64,000 nt of DNA from Malacoraja senta (Eukaryota), in the NCBI GenBank assembly GCA_038087875.1, contig CM075993.1:7318001-7382000 (forward strand), written 5' to 3'. Both the position numbers and the translations under genes were made by a program. Numbering within the stretch: the first letter of the stretch is position 1; every line of letters begins with the position of its first letter. Positions 49,382 through 60,945 of this stretch are shown here, one piece after another. The notes below the pieces were generated by a model. The model was given only the letters and a program-made list of their open reading frames with translations, was not told the origin of the DNA and did no database searches.

Positions 49382-51139
49382 TTAGGGACAGAGGTGGAAG
49401 AAATGTTTATGTATGGGCAATATATTCCGACTTTGCCATCATCTCCAAAGTGAAGTAAAATAAAATCCAGAAGACTTTTAAATGTAATTTTTCATGTTGT
49501 AAGAAATAAAATCTATACAAATGGAGCTTTACCGTATTTCCTATAAAATTTACAGAATCTTTTTTTCCTTGATTTTAAGCCAGAAACACTAATACCAGTT
49601 ATGCTGAAACTAGCCCAATTGCTTTAATTGATCTCCCATGGTGTTGATCATCGGGAGTTAAGTCATAGACCAGTCTACAGATGACAGCCTCAGATGGCAG
49701 TGAGTAACTGAACCAGATGTAGGGAAATTAGGCAATCACAATACAAAAGATACACAGAGTGCTGGAGCAATTCAGCGGGTCAGACAGCATATGTGGTGAA
49801 AAAGAATGGGTGACGTTTTGGGTCGGGACCCTTCTTCAGTATACAAATACTGGCTTTATTTAGACTTGTAACTTATCAGTGAAAGTTGGTTAAATGGCAT
49901 AACATCATGACCGGTTATGAGGTAAAAGGTGACATTTGTGCAGGCATTTCCTGTAATAAATGTGGATACATTTTAACTTGAACGGAATAAGTTAATAAAA
50001 GCTTGATTAAAAAAAAAGTTACGTTGGGTTATGGGGCCAGGAAGCTCATTCAGAGAAGGAAGGTTTATTATACATATTCTGGGAAACAGAAGAATTGGAA
50101 GCAGCCGTGTTGTTTGGCCACGACTTCCTACCTCTCTTTGATAATAATATTCCATCCCAAAAAAACGGGGCACTTGTACCATTGGATTACAACTGCAGCG
50201 TAGAATGAGACAAATACAGTAGCAATGTTCTGAACTAGCTGCCAGCAGCAGGGAGCAAGAGACCCAGGTTCCATCCTGACTACGGGTGCTGCTTGTACGG
50301 AGTTTGCACGTTCTCCCTGTGACCTGCGCGGGTTTTCTCCGAGATCTTCAGCTTCCTTCCACACTCCAAAGACGTGCAGGTTTGTCGGTTAATTGGCTTG
50401 GTATGAATATAAATTGTCTCTAGTGCGTGTAGGATAGTGTTAGCGTGCGGGATCACTGGTCAGTGAGGACTCGGTGGGCCGAAGGGCCTGTTTTCGCGCT
50501 GTCTCTCTAAACTAAAATCAGGCATTTAGGCCATTCTTTGGAAAGTGAACCCAAAATGTCACACACGTGACCAGATGGCACCACATGCATTAAAAACTTC
50601 TTGTAAGAGATTAATCTTATTCATTGATTAAGGAACAAACTGAGTTATGGAAAAAAAGCGCTTCCGTGGGGGGGGGGGGGGGTCACACACGTGACCGGTC
50701 CTATTTGACCTCCGACCTAAACAAACATTGTCAGCATAACATTAAAATTTCACTCGATAAACTTAAAAAAAATACGTATCATATATATACAGTGCAAAAC
50801 AATATACCTGTAATGTTTTCAGAATTAGAAGAGATGTATTCCACAAATTGTCATAATTTTTTGGTCACACACGTGACTAAGACTGGGCCATTTACATCAA
50901 AGTCATCATCTAACGAGATTCAAACTGCATGGGAACCCCAATGCGTTCATTAACATCATATACCTCTCATCTCACCAGACAAACAACAGGTCGGATGAAA
51001 ACTATTATGCACAGAATATGCATTTCTAACATCTACTTTTCTAAACAGATATTCTTTTTCTCCAATTATAAAACTAAGGTTACAAACCCCACTGGAATGG
51101 AGTGAGGATGCCAACTTCCAGAAGACGTAAGGCCGTAAG

Positions 51140-51875
51140 ACATAGGGGCATAAATAGATAATTCGGCCCATCGAGCCTGCTCCACCATTCGATCATGGCT
51201 GATCTATTTTTCCCCCTCAACTCCATTCTCCTGCCTTCACCGTGTAGCCTTTGACACCCATACTAATCAAGAACCTATCAATATCCGCCTTAAAAATACC
51301 CATTGAATTGGCCTCCGCCCTCGTCTGTGGCAATGAATTCCACAGATTCAACACCCTCTGACTAAAGAAATTCCTCCTCATCTCCATTCTAAAGGTGCAC
51401 CATTTTATTCCGAGGCTATGCCCTCTGGTCCTAGACTCTCCCACTACTGAAAGCATCTTCTCCACATCTACTCCATCTAGGCCTTTCATTATTCAGTAGG
51501 TTACAATGAGAACCCCCCCCCCCCAAGGCTTGTCCCACTTTCACGACCTAATTCACGACCTCTGCCGTGTTTGCCCTTGACTCATACTCGCAGCATGGTC
51601 GTCACGAGGTTGTAGGAGGTCGTAGGTAGGTCGTAGCAGGCCGTGATGCTAGTCGAAGGTGCTCGTGGCATCAAGTAGGTCGGGGCGTTTTTCTAGCACG
51701 ATGAAAAATGTCCACGAGTAAAAAAGGTCGTGAAAGTGGGACAGGCCCTTTATCCTTTAAAACTCCAGCGAGTACGGGCCTCGAGCCATCAAACACTCCT
51801 GATAGGATCCATGGGATCATTCTCGGAAGCTTCCTCTGCACCCTCTCCAACACCAGCACATCCTTCCTCAGATAT
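51140..51875 (-). mobile_element. CR1 LINE 3' fragment interrupted by a MITE
   Basis: ORFs 51217-51489 and 51671-51991 carry CR1 motifs. Confidence 0.8.
51525..51749. mobile_element. Harbinger-type MITE (32878 subfamily) nested in a CR1 fragment
   Basis: TGTCCCACTTTCACGACC ... GGTCGTGAAAGTGGGACAGGCCCT. Confidence 0.82.
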
Positions 51876-52300
51876 TTGTACATAAACAAATGGAGATTAC
51901 CAAGTCTCACAATTGCCAGTGAGGTTGAATACAAGTGCAGCATATGTTCAGAGACACTGAGAAGCAGGGGCCTGCTAATAAGCTTGAACACAGGTGCATA
52001 AACATATGGACAGACACCCTAGCAAGTTCTATTATTACTAAAATACCAGAGCACTGCTGCATTAATATCAGGGGAACATGCACAATACCATCGGCAATCA
52101 TTTAAACGGTGTAATGCAGTTGACAATCTGTAACGCTGCACAAGCTCACTTTAATAGTGTAAAAAATATAACAAGACGCAAGACTGCTACATCACCACGA
52201 CTCAACGGTTTCCATGTTACGCTGGCAAAGAAACAAGTGAGGAAATTCAGACACATGAAGTGTGAAGCATCAGAAGAAAAACAACACAGTGCTGGCATGA

Positions 52301-52968
52301 AGGGCCTGTCCCACTTGGATGACCTAAACAATTCACGAGTTTAGAAGACCCTAGACGAGTTGAAAAAAATGTCAAGGTCGTGTTGACTCGCCGAAGTAAA
52401 AGACCTCCTACGACTATGTCTACGACCTATTACGACTGTGTATACGACCTCCTACGACCCACCTCGACCTCAGTCTTCTACACCTAAGCAACTACGACTA
52501 GCTACGAGTGGACAATAATCACATGATAAAATGATGTAATGTTTGCATTTTTTTCTCGGGCCAGTTGCCGACCTACGTCTACCTACGACTACCTTCACGA
52601 CCTACTACGACCTACCTACGACCGACCTACGACTACCTACGACTACCATCACGACTTACTACGACCTACCTATGACCGACCTACATCTACCTACGACTAC
52701 CATCACGACCTACTACGACCTACCTACGAGTAAAAAGTATCCAATTTTTTCCATGCCGACCTTTTTTATTTACTCGTGGACATTTCTTATCAGGCTGGAA
52801 AAAAACGCCACGACCTACTTGAGGCCACGAGTACGCGGAGACCACTCACGAGCATGAGGGAGAGTTACGAAGACCTCCTACGACCTCGTGGCGACCATGC
52901 TGCGAGTATGAGTCATGGGCAAACTCGGCAGAGGTCGCCAATTAGGTCGTGAAAGTGGGACAGGGGCT
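52301..52968. mobile_element. Harbinger-type MITE with internal (CTACGAC)-like repeat expansion
   Basis: AGGGCCTGTCCCACTT ... AAGTGGGACAGGGGCT followed by TAA. Confidence 0.82.
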
Positions 52969-53429
52969 TAATGCTGCTGGTCAGGCAGCATCTCTATAGA
53001 CCATGGATAGGTGACGTTTCGGGTCGGGACCCTTATTCAGACTGGATAGTATTGTAGATTTTGGAATTCCGCTTATAGATCTGAAAATTGCAAGTGTGTT
53101 TCTCTGGTTATACTCCGGTTTGCTTATCAATTATGTGCAAAACATCCACTTTTCTGAACAGGCATTTAAAAAAAATTATCAAGGGAACTGAGGTTACACG
53201 TTCTGCTGGAATTAACAGGTGAGAACAGTTTGCAGATAGAAATAAACAAAGATTTACTGGCAGCTTACGTAAGGGACAGTGACTGAGCTCTGCTGAAAGA
53301 GTCAGCATTTATTATGGTAGTTAGATCATATCCGACTGATCTGGTAGCATTTTCAAGATGCGTGATGAATAAGAATGTCGTGCAAATGCTGTCCAAATGG
53401 ACTACCAGGATACAGCACATCGCAGTTCA

Positions 53430-55220
53430 TAGGTTCCACGAGCAGAATTAGGCCATTCGGCCCATCAAGCCTACTCTGCCATTCCATCATGGCTGATCTA
53501 TCTCTCCCTCTCAACCCCATTCTCCTGCCTTCTCCCCATAACCCCCTGACACCCTTACTAATCAAGAAACTATCAATCTACGCCTTAAAAATATCCATTG
53601 ACTTGGCCTCCACAGCCGTCTGTGGCAATGCACTCCACAGATTCACCATCCTCGTCTAATTAAAATAAATTCCATCATCGGATGGGATTAGAAGAGAATG
53701 GGAACAGGAACTAGCTATAAAAATTTCAAAAGAGAGTTGGGATAAACACTTATTATATGTGCATAAATGCTCGATTAACGTAAGACATACTCTGATTCAA
53801 TTTAAAATGTTACATAGATTATACTATTCAAAAGCTAAATTAGGTAAATTTTACCCAAATACCTCTGCTATCTGTGATAAATGCCTAATCCAAGAATTAA
53901 CTATAGCACATTCTTTTGTTTTTTGTATAAAAATTCAAAGATTTTGGTATTAAATTTTTGAAATTTTCACTAAATTATTTAAAATAAAACTGAAACCGAA
54001 TGCAGAATTGATTATTTTTGGAACAATAGAAGCAAGTTTGGAGCTGACTTCGTTTCAAAGGAGTTTTCTTAATTATGGCTTAATAACGGCAAAAAAACTG
54101 ATACTGAAATTTTGGAAAAATGCTCTCACGCCAACAATAAAAATGTGGACTTCTAATATGTCAGAATTGTTACACCTAGAAGATATGAGATTCCTCCTAG
54201 CAGGTAAACAAGACCAATTCCAAAAGATTTGGTCTCCATATATCGACTTATTACAAACATAGGGTGCAACAAAATGTTGATAATAAATGGTTTTAGGACC
54301 TGGCGAGGGGTGAGTAAAGATAAGAAGTAGGTACATCCCTCTCATAATATCCTATCTTACTTTCTTTTTTCTTTTTTCTTTTTCCGCCTTTTGGTTTTTT
54401 TTCTTTTCTTTTTTAACTATTTCTAGGTTCATACGGGTGTTCCTGGACCACTCTTTCACTCACTCACTGACTATCTTTACTAACTCTTTCTATCCTTTTT
54501 TCCTATTAAAGTTTAAAATAAGAAGTGGTATTAGAACTGTATAAACTTACGTTATTGCAGATTACTGTAATGTAAAATACTTCTAAAAAAAAATTCCGCC
54601 TCATCTCTTTTCTAAAGGTACGTCCTTTTATTCTGAGGCTGTGGTCTCTGGTCCTAGACTCTCCCACTAGTGGAAACATCCTCTCCACATTCACTCTATC
54701 CAGGCCTTTCATTATTTGGTAAGTTTGGTAAGTTTGGTAAATTTGGTAAGTACAGGAGCCTGAAGACTGCAACGACCAGGTTCAGGAATAGCTACTTCCC
54801 ACAGCGATCAGGCTATTAAACTTGGCTCGGACAAAACTCTGAACATTACTAGCCCATTATCTGTTATTTGCACTTTATCAGTTTATTTATTCATGTGTGT
54901 ATATATTTATATAATGGTATATGGACACACTGATCTGTTTTGTAGTCAATGCCTACTATGTTCTGTTGTGCTGAAGCAAAGCAAGAATTTCATTGTCCTA
55001 TCAGGGACACATGACAATAAACTCACTTGACTTGACTTGTTTCAATGAGGTCCCCCCACCCCCCCTCATCCTTCTAAACTCCAGCGAGAAGAGACCCAGT
55101 GTTGTCAAATGCTCATCATATGTTAACCCAATCACTCCTGGGATCATTCTGGCAAACCTCCTCTGGAGCCTCTCCAAAGCCAGCACATCCTTCCTCAGAT
55201 ATGGGGCCCAAAATTGCTCA
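53430..55220 (-). mobile_element. CR1 3' fragment split by nested L1 and Rex-type insertions
   Basis: CR1 pieces 53430-53660, 54590-54725 and 55038-55220 are colinear. Confidence 0.8.
53660..54592 (+). mobile_element. L1-clade LINE 3' fragment (ORF2 CCHC domain, T-rich 3' UTR, A tail)
   Basis: IQFKMLHRLYYS...CDKC...TIAHSFVFC...FW, then AKKLILKFWK...PTIKMW...IWSPY. Confidence 0.82.
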
Positions 55221-55529
55221 AAAAATACATTTGGAAAAATGTATGTCTGCAGAATTGGAGGAAGCCTTGTGATTATGGTGGGCACATTGTTCAAAGGTAG
55301 GAATATAGTTATTGTGATAAAAGGAATATCCTCCAATGTGAATGGTCACAAGGATGACCCCATGTAATCAATATCGGGCCTCATGTTCCCATTGTGGGGG
55401 GGGGGGGGGGGGAGGCAGAGGTCCCAGTACAGATTAAGTAACAGCAATCCCAATATGTTCTAAAGTGCAGCTGACGTTAAATTAAGAGGCTGATCAAGTT
55501 TTGCAGATGAAGTTACAAAGGAACTGACA

Positions 55530-55845
55530 CTAGTGGGAGAGTCTAATGACTAGAGGTCATAGCCTCAGAATTAAAGGACATTCTTTTAGGAAGGAAATGA
55601 GGAGATATTTCTTTAGTCAGAGTGTGGTGAATCTGTGGAATTCTTTGCCACAGCCGGCTGTGGAGGCCAAGTCAGTGGATATTTTTAAGGCAGAGATAGA
55701 TAAATTCTTGATTAGAACGGGTGTCAAGGGTTATGGGGAGAAGGCAGGAGAATGGGGTTAGGAGGGAGAGATCGATCAGCCACGATTGAATGGCGGAGTA
55801 GACTTGATGGGCTGAATGGCCTAATTCTGCTCCTAGACCTTATGA
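55530..55845 (+). mobile_element. CR1 LINE 3' fragment
   Basis: TRGHSLRIKG...VVNLWNSLPQ. Confidence 0.85.
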
Positions 55846-56521
55846 CAAAAAACAATGGCAAGTGGGGTTCATAGAGTTGTACAGCCCTACGACCAATTTG
55901 TCAATCCAGCTCACAATATCATCCAAGTTGTGTTCATCAGGCCTGCACCTCTCTACTCTTTTCTATCTTAAATTACATATGCTCTTATTGGTGAAAGGCT
56001 AGTAGTTATACCAGAAGTTATTTTGGTATCCAGATTTTCAAACCTTTCAGAGCTGATCCAATGGTTAATAAAAACTAAGGCTAAGTGGAATGAGAGCCTT
56101 TATGCTGACAGACCGTAATACATAGGAGCAGAATTAGGCCATTCAGCCCATCGAGTCCACTCCACCATTCGATCATGACTGATCTATTTTTCCCTCCAAA
56201 CCTCATTCTCCTGCCTTCTCCCCATAACCTGACACCCTTACTAATCAAGAAGCTAGCAATCGCTGCTTTAAAAATACCCAATGACAGAACTAAGAAATAA
56301 ATGTGAGGAAGATCAGTACAGGGCCCTGGTTAGATCCAATCCAGCAAAAGAGTGGGCAAGATATATTAAACAGAATGATAAAGGGTTTAAACAGTTAGTT
56401 GCTGGGGTTGGGTGTGGACACAGGCATTGTATTTTTTAAGGTCATGATGATGAAGCAGTTGTATTACCCTGGACTCCTGTATCAGCAAAATATGTTTATT
56501 CCATCAATTATTTTCTAATCT

Positions 56522-56947
56522 AGGCTTGTATTCACTGGAGTTTAGAAGGATGAGGGGGCATCTTATAGAAACATATAAAATTATAAAAGGACTGGACAAG
56601 CTAGATGCAGGAAAAATGTTCCCAATGTTGGGCAAGTCCAGAACCAGGGGCCACAGTCTTAGAATAAAGGGGAGGTCATTTAAGACTGAGGTGAGAAAAA
56701 ACGTTTTCACCCAGAGAGTAGTGAATCTGTGGAATTCCCTGCCACAGAGGGCAGTGGAGGCCAAGTCACTGGATGGATTTAAGAGAGAGTTAGATAGAGC
56801 TCTAGGGGCTAGTGGAGTCAAGGGATATGGGGAGAAGGCAGGCACGGGTTATTGATAGGGGACGATCAGCCATGATCACAATGAATGGCGGTGCTGGCTC
56901 GAAGGGCCGAATGGCCTCCTCCTGCACCTATTTTCTATGTTTCTATG
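56522..56947 (+). mobile_element. CR1 LINE 3' fragment
   Basis: ORF 56526-56855 plus 3' UTR. Confidence 0.9.
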
Positions 56948-57269
56948 TAATCCTAACAAAATCTTCTAATTATACATTTAACTTTCTATATTCCAAGTTT
57001 TGGTTATGGAGTTCCTCGTAATCTAATAATGGCATCCTGGTATAATTCTGCACTCCTCCCAAAATCTAACAGACTTTCTAAACAAAGGATGATGTGAAAA
57101 TCAAAAAACTGTCGATGCTGGATATCTGAAGTAAAAACTGAAAATGGTGTAAACACACAGAAAATCAGGCAGTATCTGTGAAACAAAAACAATGCTTTAT
57201 GTTTTAATGGTTCAGGTCCATGACCCTTCCCCAGAACTAAAAAAAGAGTGAAAACAAATCAAATCTATC

Positions 57270-57762
57270 TGAGACCAAGCGGAGGCTTGGCGATCGTTTC
57301 GCCGAACACCTCAGGTCGGTCCGCAATAACCAACCTGACCTCCCGGTGGCTCAGCACTTCAACTTCCCCTCCCATTCCGTATCTGACCTCTCTGTCCAGG
57401 GTCTCCTCCATGGCCACAGCGAGCAACACCGGAAATTGGAGGAAATGCACCTCATATTCCGCTTGGACAGTCTACATCCTGGGGGCATGAACATTGAATT
57501 CTCCCAATTCTGCTAGCCCTTGCTGTCCCCTCCCCTTCATCAGCCCTCTGGTTGTCTCCTCCCATCCTCCAGCCCTCGGGCTCCTCCTCCGCCTTTTTTC
57601 CTTTTTTCCTTTCTTCTCCCCACCCCCTATCAGTCTGAAGAAGGGTTTCGGCCCGAAACGTTGCCTATTTCCTTCGCTCCATAGATGCTGCTACACCCGC
57701 TGAGTTTCTCCAGCATTTTTGTGTACCTTCGATTTTCCAGCATCTGCAGTTCCTTCTTTAAC
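57270..57762 (+). mobile_element. Penelope-like element 3' fragment
   Basis: ETKRRLGDRFAEHLRSVRNNQPDLPVAQHFN... GIY-YIG C-terminus, then a pyrimidine tract and the hammerhead-like motif at 57635. Confidence 0.85.
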
Positions 57763-57937
57763 ATCAAATCTATCTTGGTATGCAGAGAACAATGGCGGGG
57801 GATGGCTGGAGCAAAGAGAATGTCTTTGGTGAAGGATACTGTTGATTTAATATCGCCAATGAATAGTGCGGTCAAAGATCCCCCAAACTAGAAATAATTT
57901 CAGTTCTGAAATTCAGATGCATTTCGTTGTTCTAGAT

Positions 57938-58213
57938 CAGGGGTGGGGAACCTTTTCATGTTGGAATGCCACATTAAGTTAGCTGTAATCTAATAAGGCC
58001 GCATCCAAGAAACTTCAATTAGTTATACTTCAAAATGTACATTATTTTGTTAAATTATCCCTCATGACTTACTAATGTTTTAATTGTGGCCGTCAGTCGG
58101 GGAGGATTATGTCGTTGAATCTTCTTTTACTCTTTGGTATTTTAAATACGTTCATTTAAAGATTAAAATAAAAATAATAAAAGACGAACAAAAACATATT
58201 AATAAAAATAAAA
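57938..58213 (-). mobile_element. Second, more deleted copy of the same hAT family, inverted and truncated
   Basis: Starts CAGGGGTGGGGAACCTTTTCATGTTGG, the reverse complement of the 19696 end. Internal sequence matches 19140-19260 and 19590-19690. Confidence 0.8.
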
Positions 58214-59283
58214 GGTAGACAAAAAATGCTGGATAAACTCAGCGGGTGTGGCAGCATCTATGGAGCGAAGGTCGCCTATTTCCTTCGCTCCATAGATGCT
58301 GCCTCACCTGCTGAGTTTCTCCAACCTAAAATCCTGTACCTTTGGAGACCCGGGTCTCTGCCGCTCTACTGCTGCGCCACTGTGCCTCCCTGTTATAAGG
58401 TTGTGACCTCGACCACAGCTGTTATACATTGTTCAAGCAAAATGACAATCAATGAAGAGTAAACGATCAGATGATGATTAGAAGACAAATCAATTTTGGG
58501 GTATAATTCAGATTACATTCTCATTGAACTTGTGTAGGAAAGAACTGCAGATGCTGGTTTAAATCAAAGATAGACACAAAATGGTGGAGTAACTCAGCGG
58601 GACAGGCAGCATCTCTGGAAAGAAGGAATGGGTGACATTTTGGGTCAGAAGAAAGGTCTCGACCCGAAATATCACCCATTCCTTCTCTCCAGAGATGCTG
58701 CTGTCCTGCTGAGTTACTATCATCATTGAACGTGTTTGCTGGGTTAGAACACAGTTTAAATGCATCATCAATGTACTTATCTTGCTTAATCCTGGATTTG
58801 TTTAGTTTAGTTGCAGCACGGAAAAAGGCCCTTCAGCCTACTGAGATCACATCAATCATAGATCACACTAGTTCTATGTTATCCCACTTTATCACCCACT
58901 CCCTAAACGTCAGGGGAAATTTGCAGAGGCAAATTAATTTACAAACCCTCACGTCTTTGAGATTTGGGAGGATACCCGGAGCAAACCCACACCGTCACCG
59001 GGAGAACTTGCAAGCTGCACACGCAGACATCACCCGAGGTCAGGATTGAACCCGGGTCTCTGGCGCTGTGAGGCGTCGGCTCTACCAGTTGCGCCACTGA
59101 ATTATGGGTTGCCCGAGGGCGATTCTAACCAGATACATTTTCTTATGCAGAAAAATCTCATTTACACCCGTATCTCCTTAAAATAACATATTTTGATCAG
59201 TAAATGCGTCACTCTTTATTACTGACTGTGAATGTCCAATATTAGTACAATTCTTAAATCAGTAAGATTCAAATTACTCTCAC

Positions 59284-59369
59284 CTTTAGTCCCTGCCAGG
59301 GGAGGCTTCCTCGTAGAAAATACATAAACATGTGTCCTAAAGCCTCCAAGTCATCCCTGCGACTTTGTT
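59284..59369 (-). CDS. CSNK1G1: Casein kinase 1 gamma 1 exon, (E)[28 protein letters not shown]
   Basis: 86-nt exon, cag/gtgag boundaries, CK1 signature SRRDDLE and LPWQGLK. Upstream exons lie beyond the right edge of the window. Confidence 0.97.
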
Positions 59370-59899
59370 CTGGGACAAAACAAGAACAAATTGTTACTGT
59401 TGATCTAACACGTTGCAGATGGAGAAGTACAGTTAAAATATGCATCACGTGATACACATCACAAAACGTTTAACAGTGCCTGGTAAATTCTAATGCATGG
59501 CTAGAATTGAGATCATCTTCATCACGTGTAAATAAAATTCCAGAAATCTTAACATAACAGCGTGTACCCGCATGTACATTAATAAAATGCAGGTCAACAT
59601 CATAGCAATGTTTCTCTGGAAAGCTGACAATTAATTAGCAAAATAAAGCATCATCTTTACAAGTGGGAGTATTTTAATAATCTCATTCAATTAGTCTCAA
59701 AAAGGATCTGTAATTGCATGTGGTCACCCTTGAACCACCCCCTCTCCTCCATTCGGCCCTTCTCTCTCCGTTACAATACTGTAATCGTCTTCCAAAAGAC
59801 AACTGTACAGTTTTGTATTCCACCCACTTCCTATCCAATGCCCATTGATAGATGATTGACTTCCACTCCCACTCAACATGGATAATCGTGGGGTGGGGG

Positions 59900-60945
59900 A
59901 TAAAAAATTGGTTGGCAGGCAGGAAACAAAGAGTAGCAATTAACGGGTCCCTTTCAGAATGGCAGGCAGTGACTACTGGGGTACCGCAAGACTCGGTGCT
60001 GGGACCGCAGCTATTTACAATACACATTATTGATTCAGATGTAGGAATTAAAAGTAACATTAGCAAATTTGCAGATGACACAAAGCTGGGTGGCAGTGTG
60101 AACTGAGAAGAGGATGCTATGAGGATGCAGGGTGACTTGGATAGGTTGGGTGAGTGGGCAGATGCATGGCAGATGCAGTATAATGTGGATAAATGTGAGG
60201 TTATCCACTTTGGTGGCAAGAACGGGAAGGCAGATTGTTATCTGAATGGTGTCAGGTTAGGAAAAAGGGAAGTACAATGAGACCTGGGTGTCCTTGTACA
60301 TCAGTCACTGAAAGTAAGCATGCAGGTGCAGCAGGCAGTGAAAAAAGCTATTGGAATGTTGGCCTTCATAACGAGAGGAGTTGAGTATAGGAGCCAAGAG
60401 GTCCTTCTGCAGTTGTACAGGGCCCTGGTGAGACCACACCTGGAGTATTGTGTGCAATTTTGGTCTCCTAATTTGAGGAAGGACATTCTTGTTATTGAGG
60501 GTTTGCAGCGTAGGTTCATGAGGTTAATTCCCGGGATGGCGGGACAGTCATATGATGAAAGAATGGATCGACTGGGGTGATATTCACTGGAATTTAGAAG
60601 AAGAGGGGATTTTATAGAAACATATAAAATTATTAAGGGATTGAACACGCTAGATGCAGGAAACATGTTTCTGATGTTGGGGGAGTACAGAACCAGGGGC
60701 CACAGTTTAAGAATATGGGCTAGGCCATTTAGAACTGAGATGAGGAAAAGCTTTCTCACACAGAGAGTTGTGAATTTGTGGAATTCTCTTCCACAGAAGG
60801 CAGTGGAGGCCAATTCACTGGATGCATTTAAAAGGGAGTTAGATAGAGCTCTTTGGACTTGTGGAATCAAGGGATATGGGGAGAAGGCATGAACTGATTG
60901 TGGATGATCAAAGGGCCTACTCCTGCACCTCTTGTCTATGTGCCT
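59900..60945 (+). mobile_element. CR1 LINE RT-to-3'-end fragment
   Basis: GVPQDSVLGP...KFADDTKLGG...RPHLEYCVQFWSP...; contains stops. Confidence 0.92.

Noticed and set aside
52539..52857. Repetitive Thr/Tyr/Asp ORFs
   Set aside because: Translation of the CTACGAC microrepeat inside a MITE.
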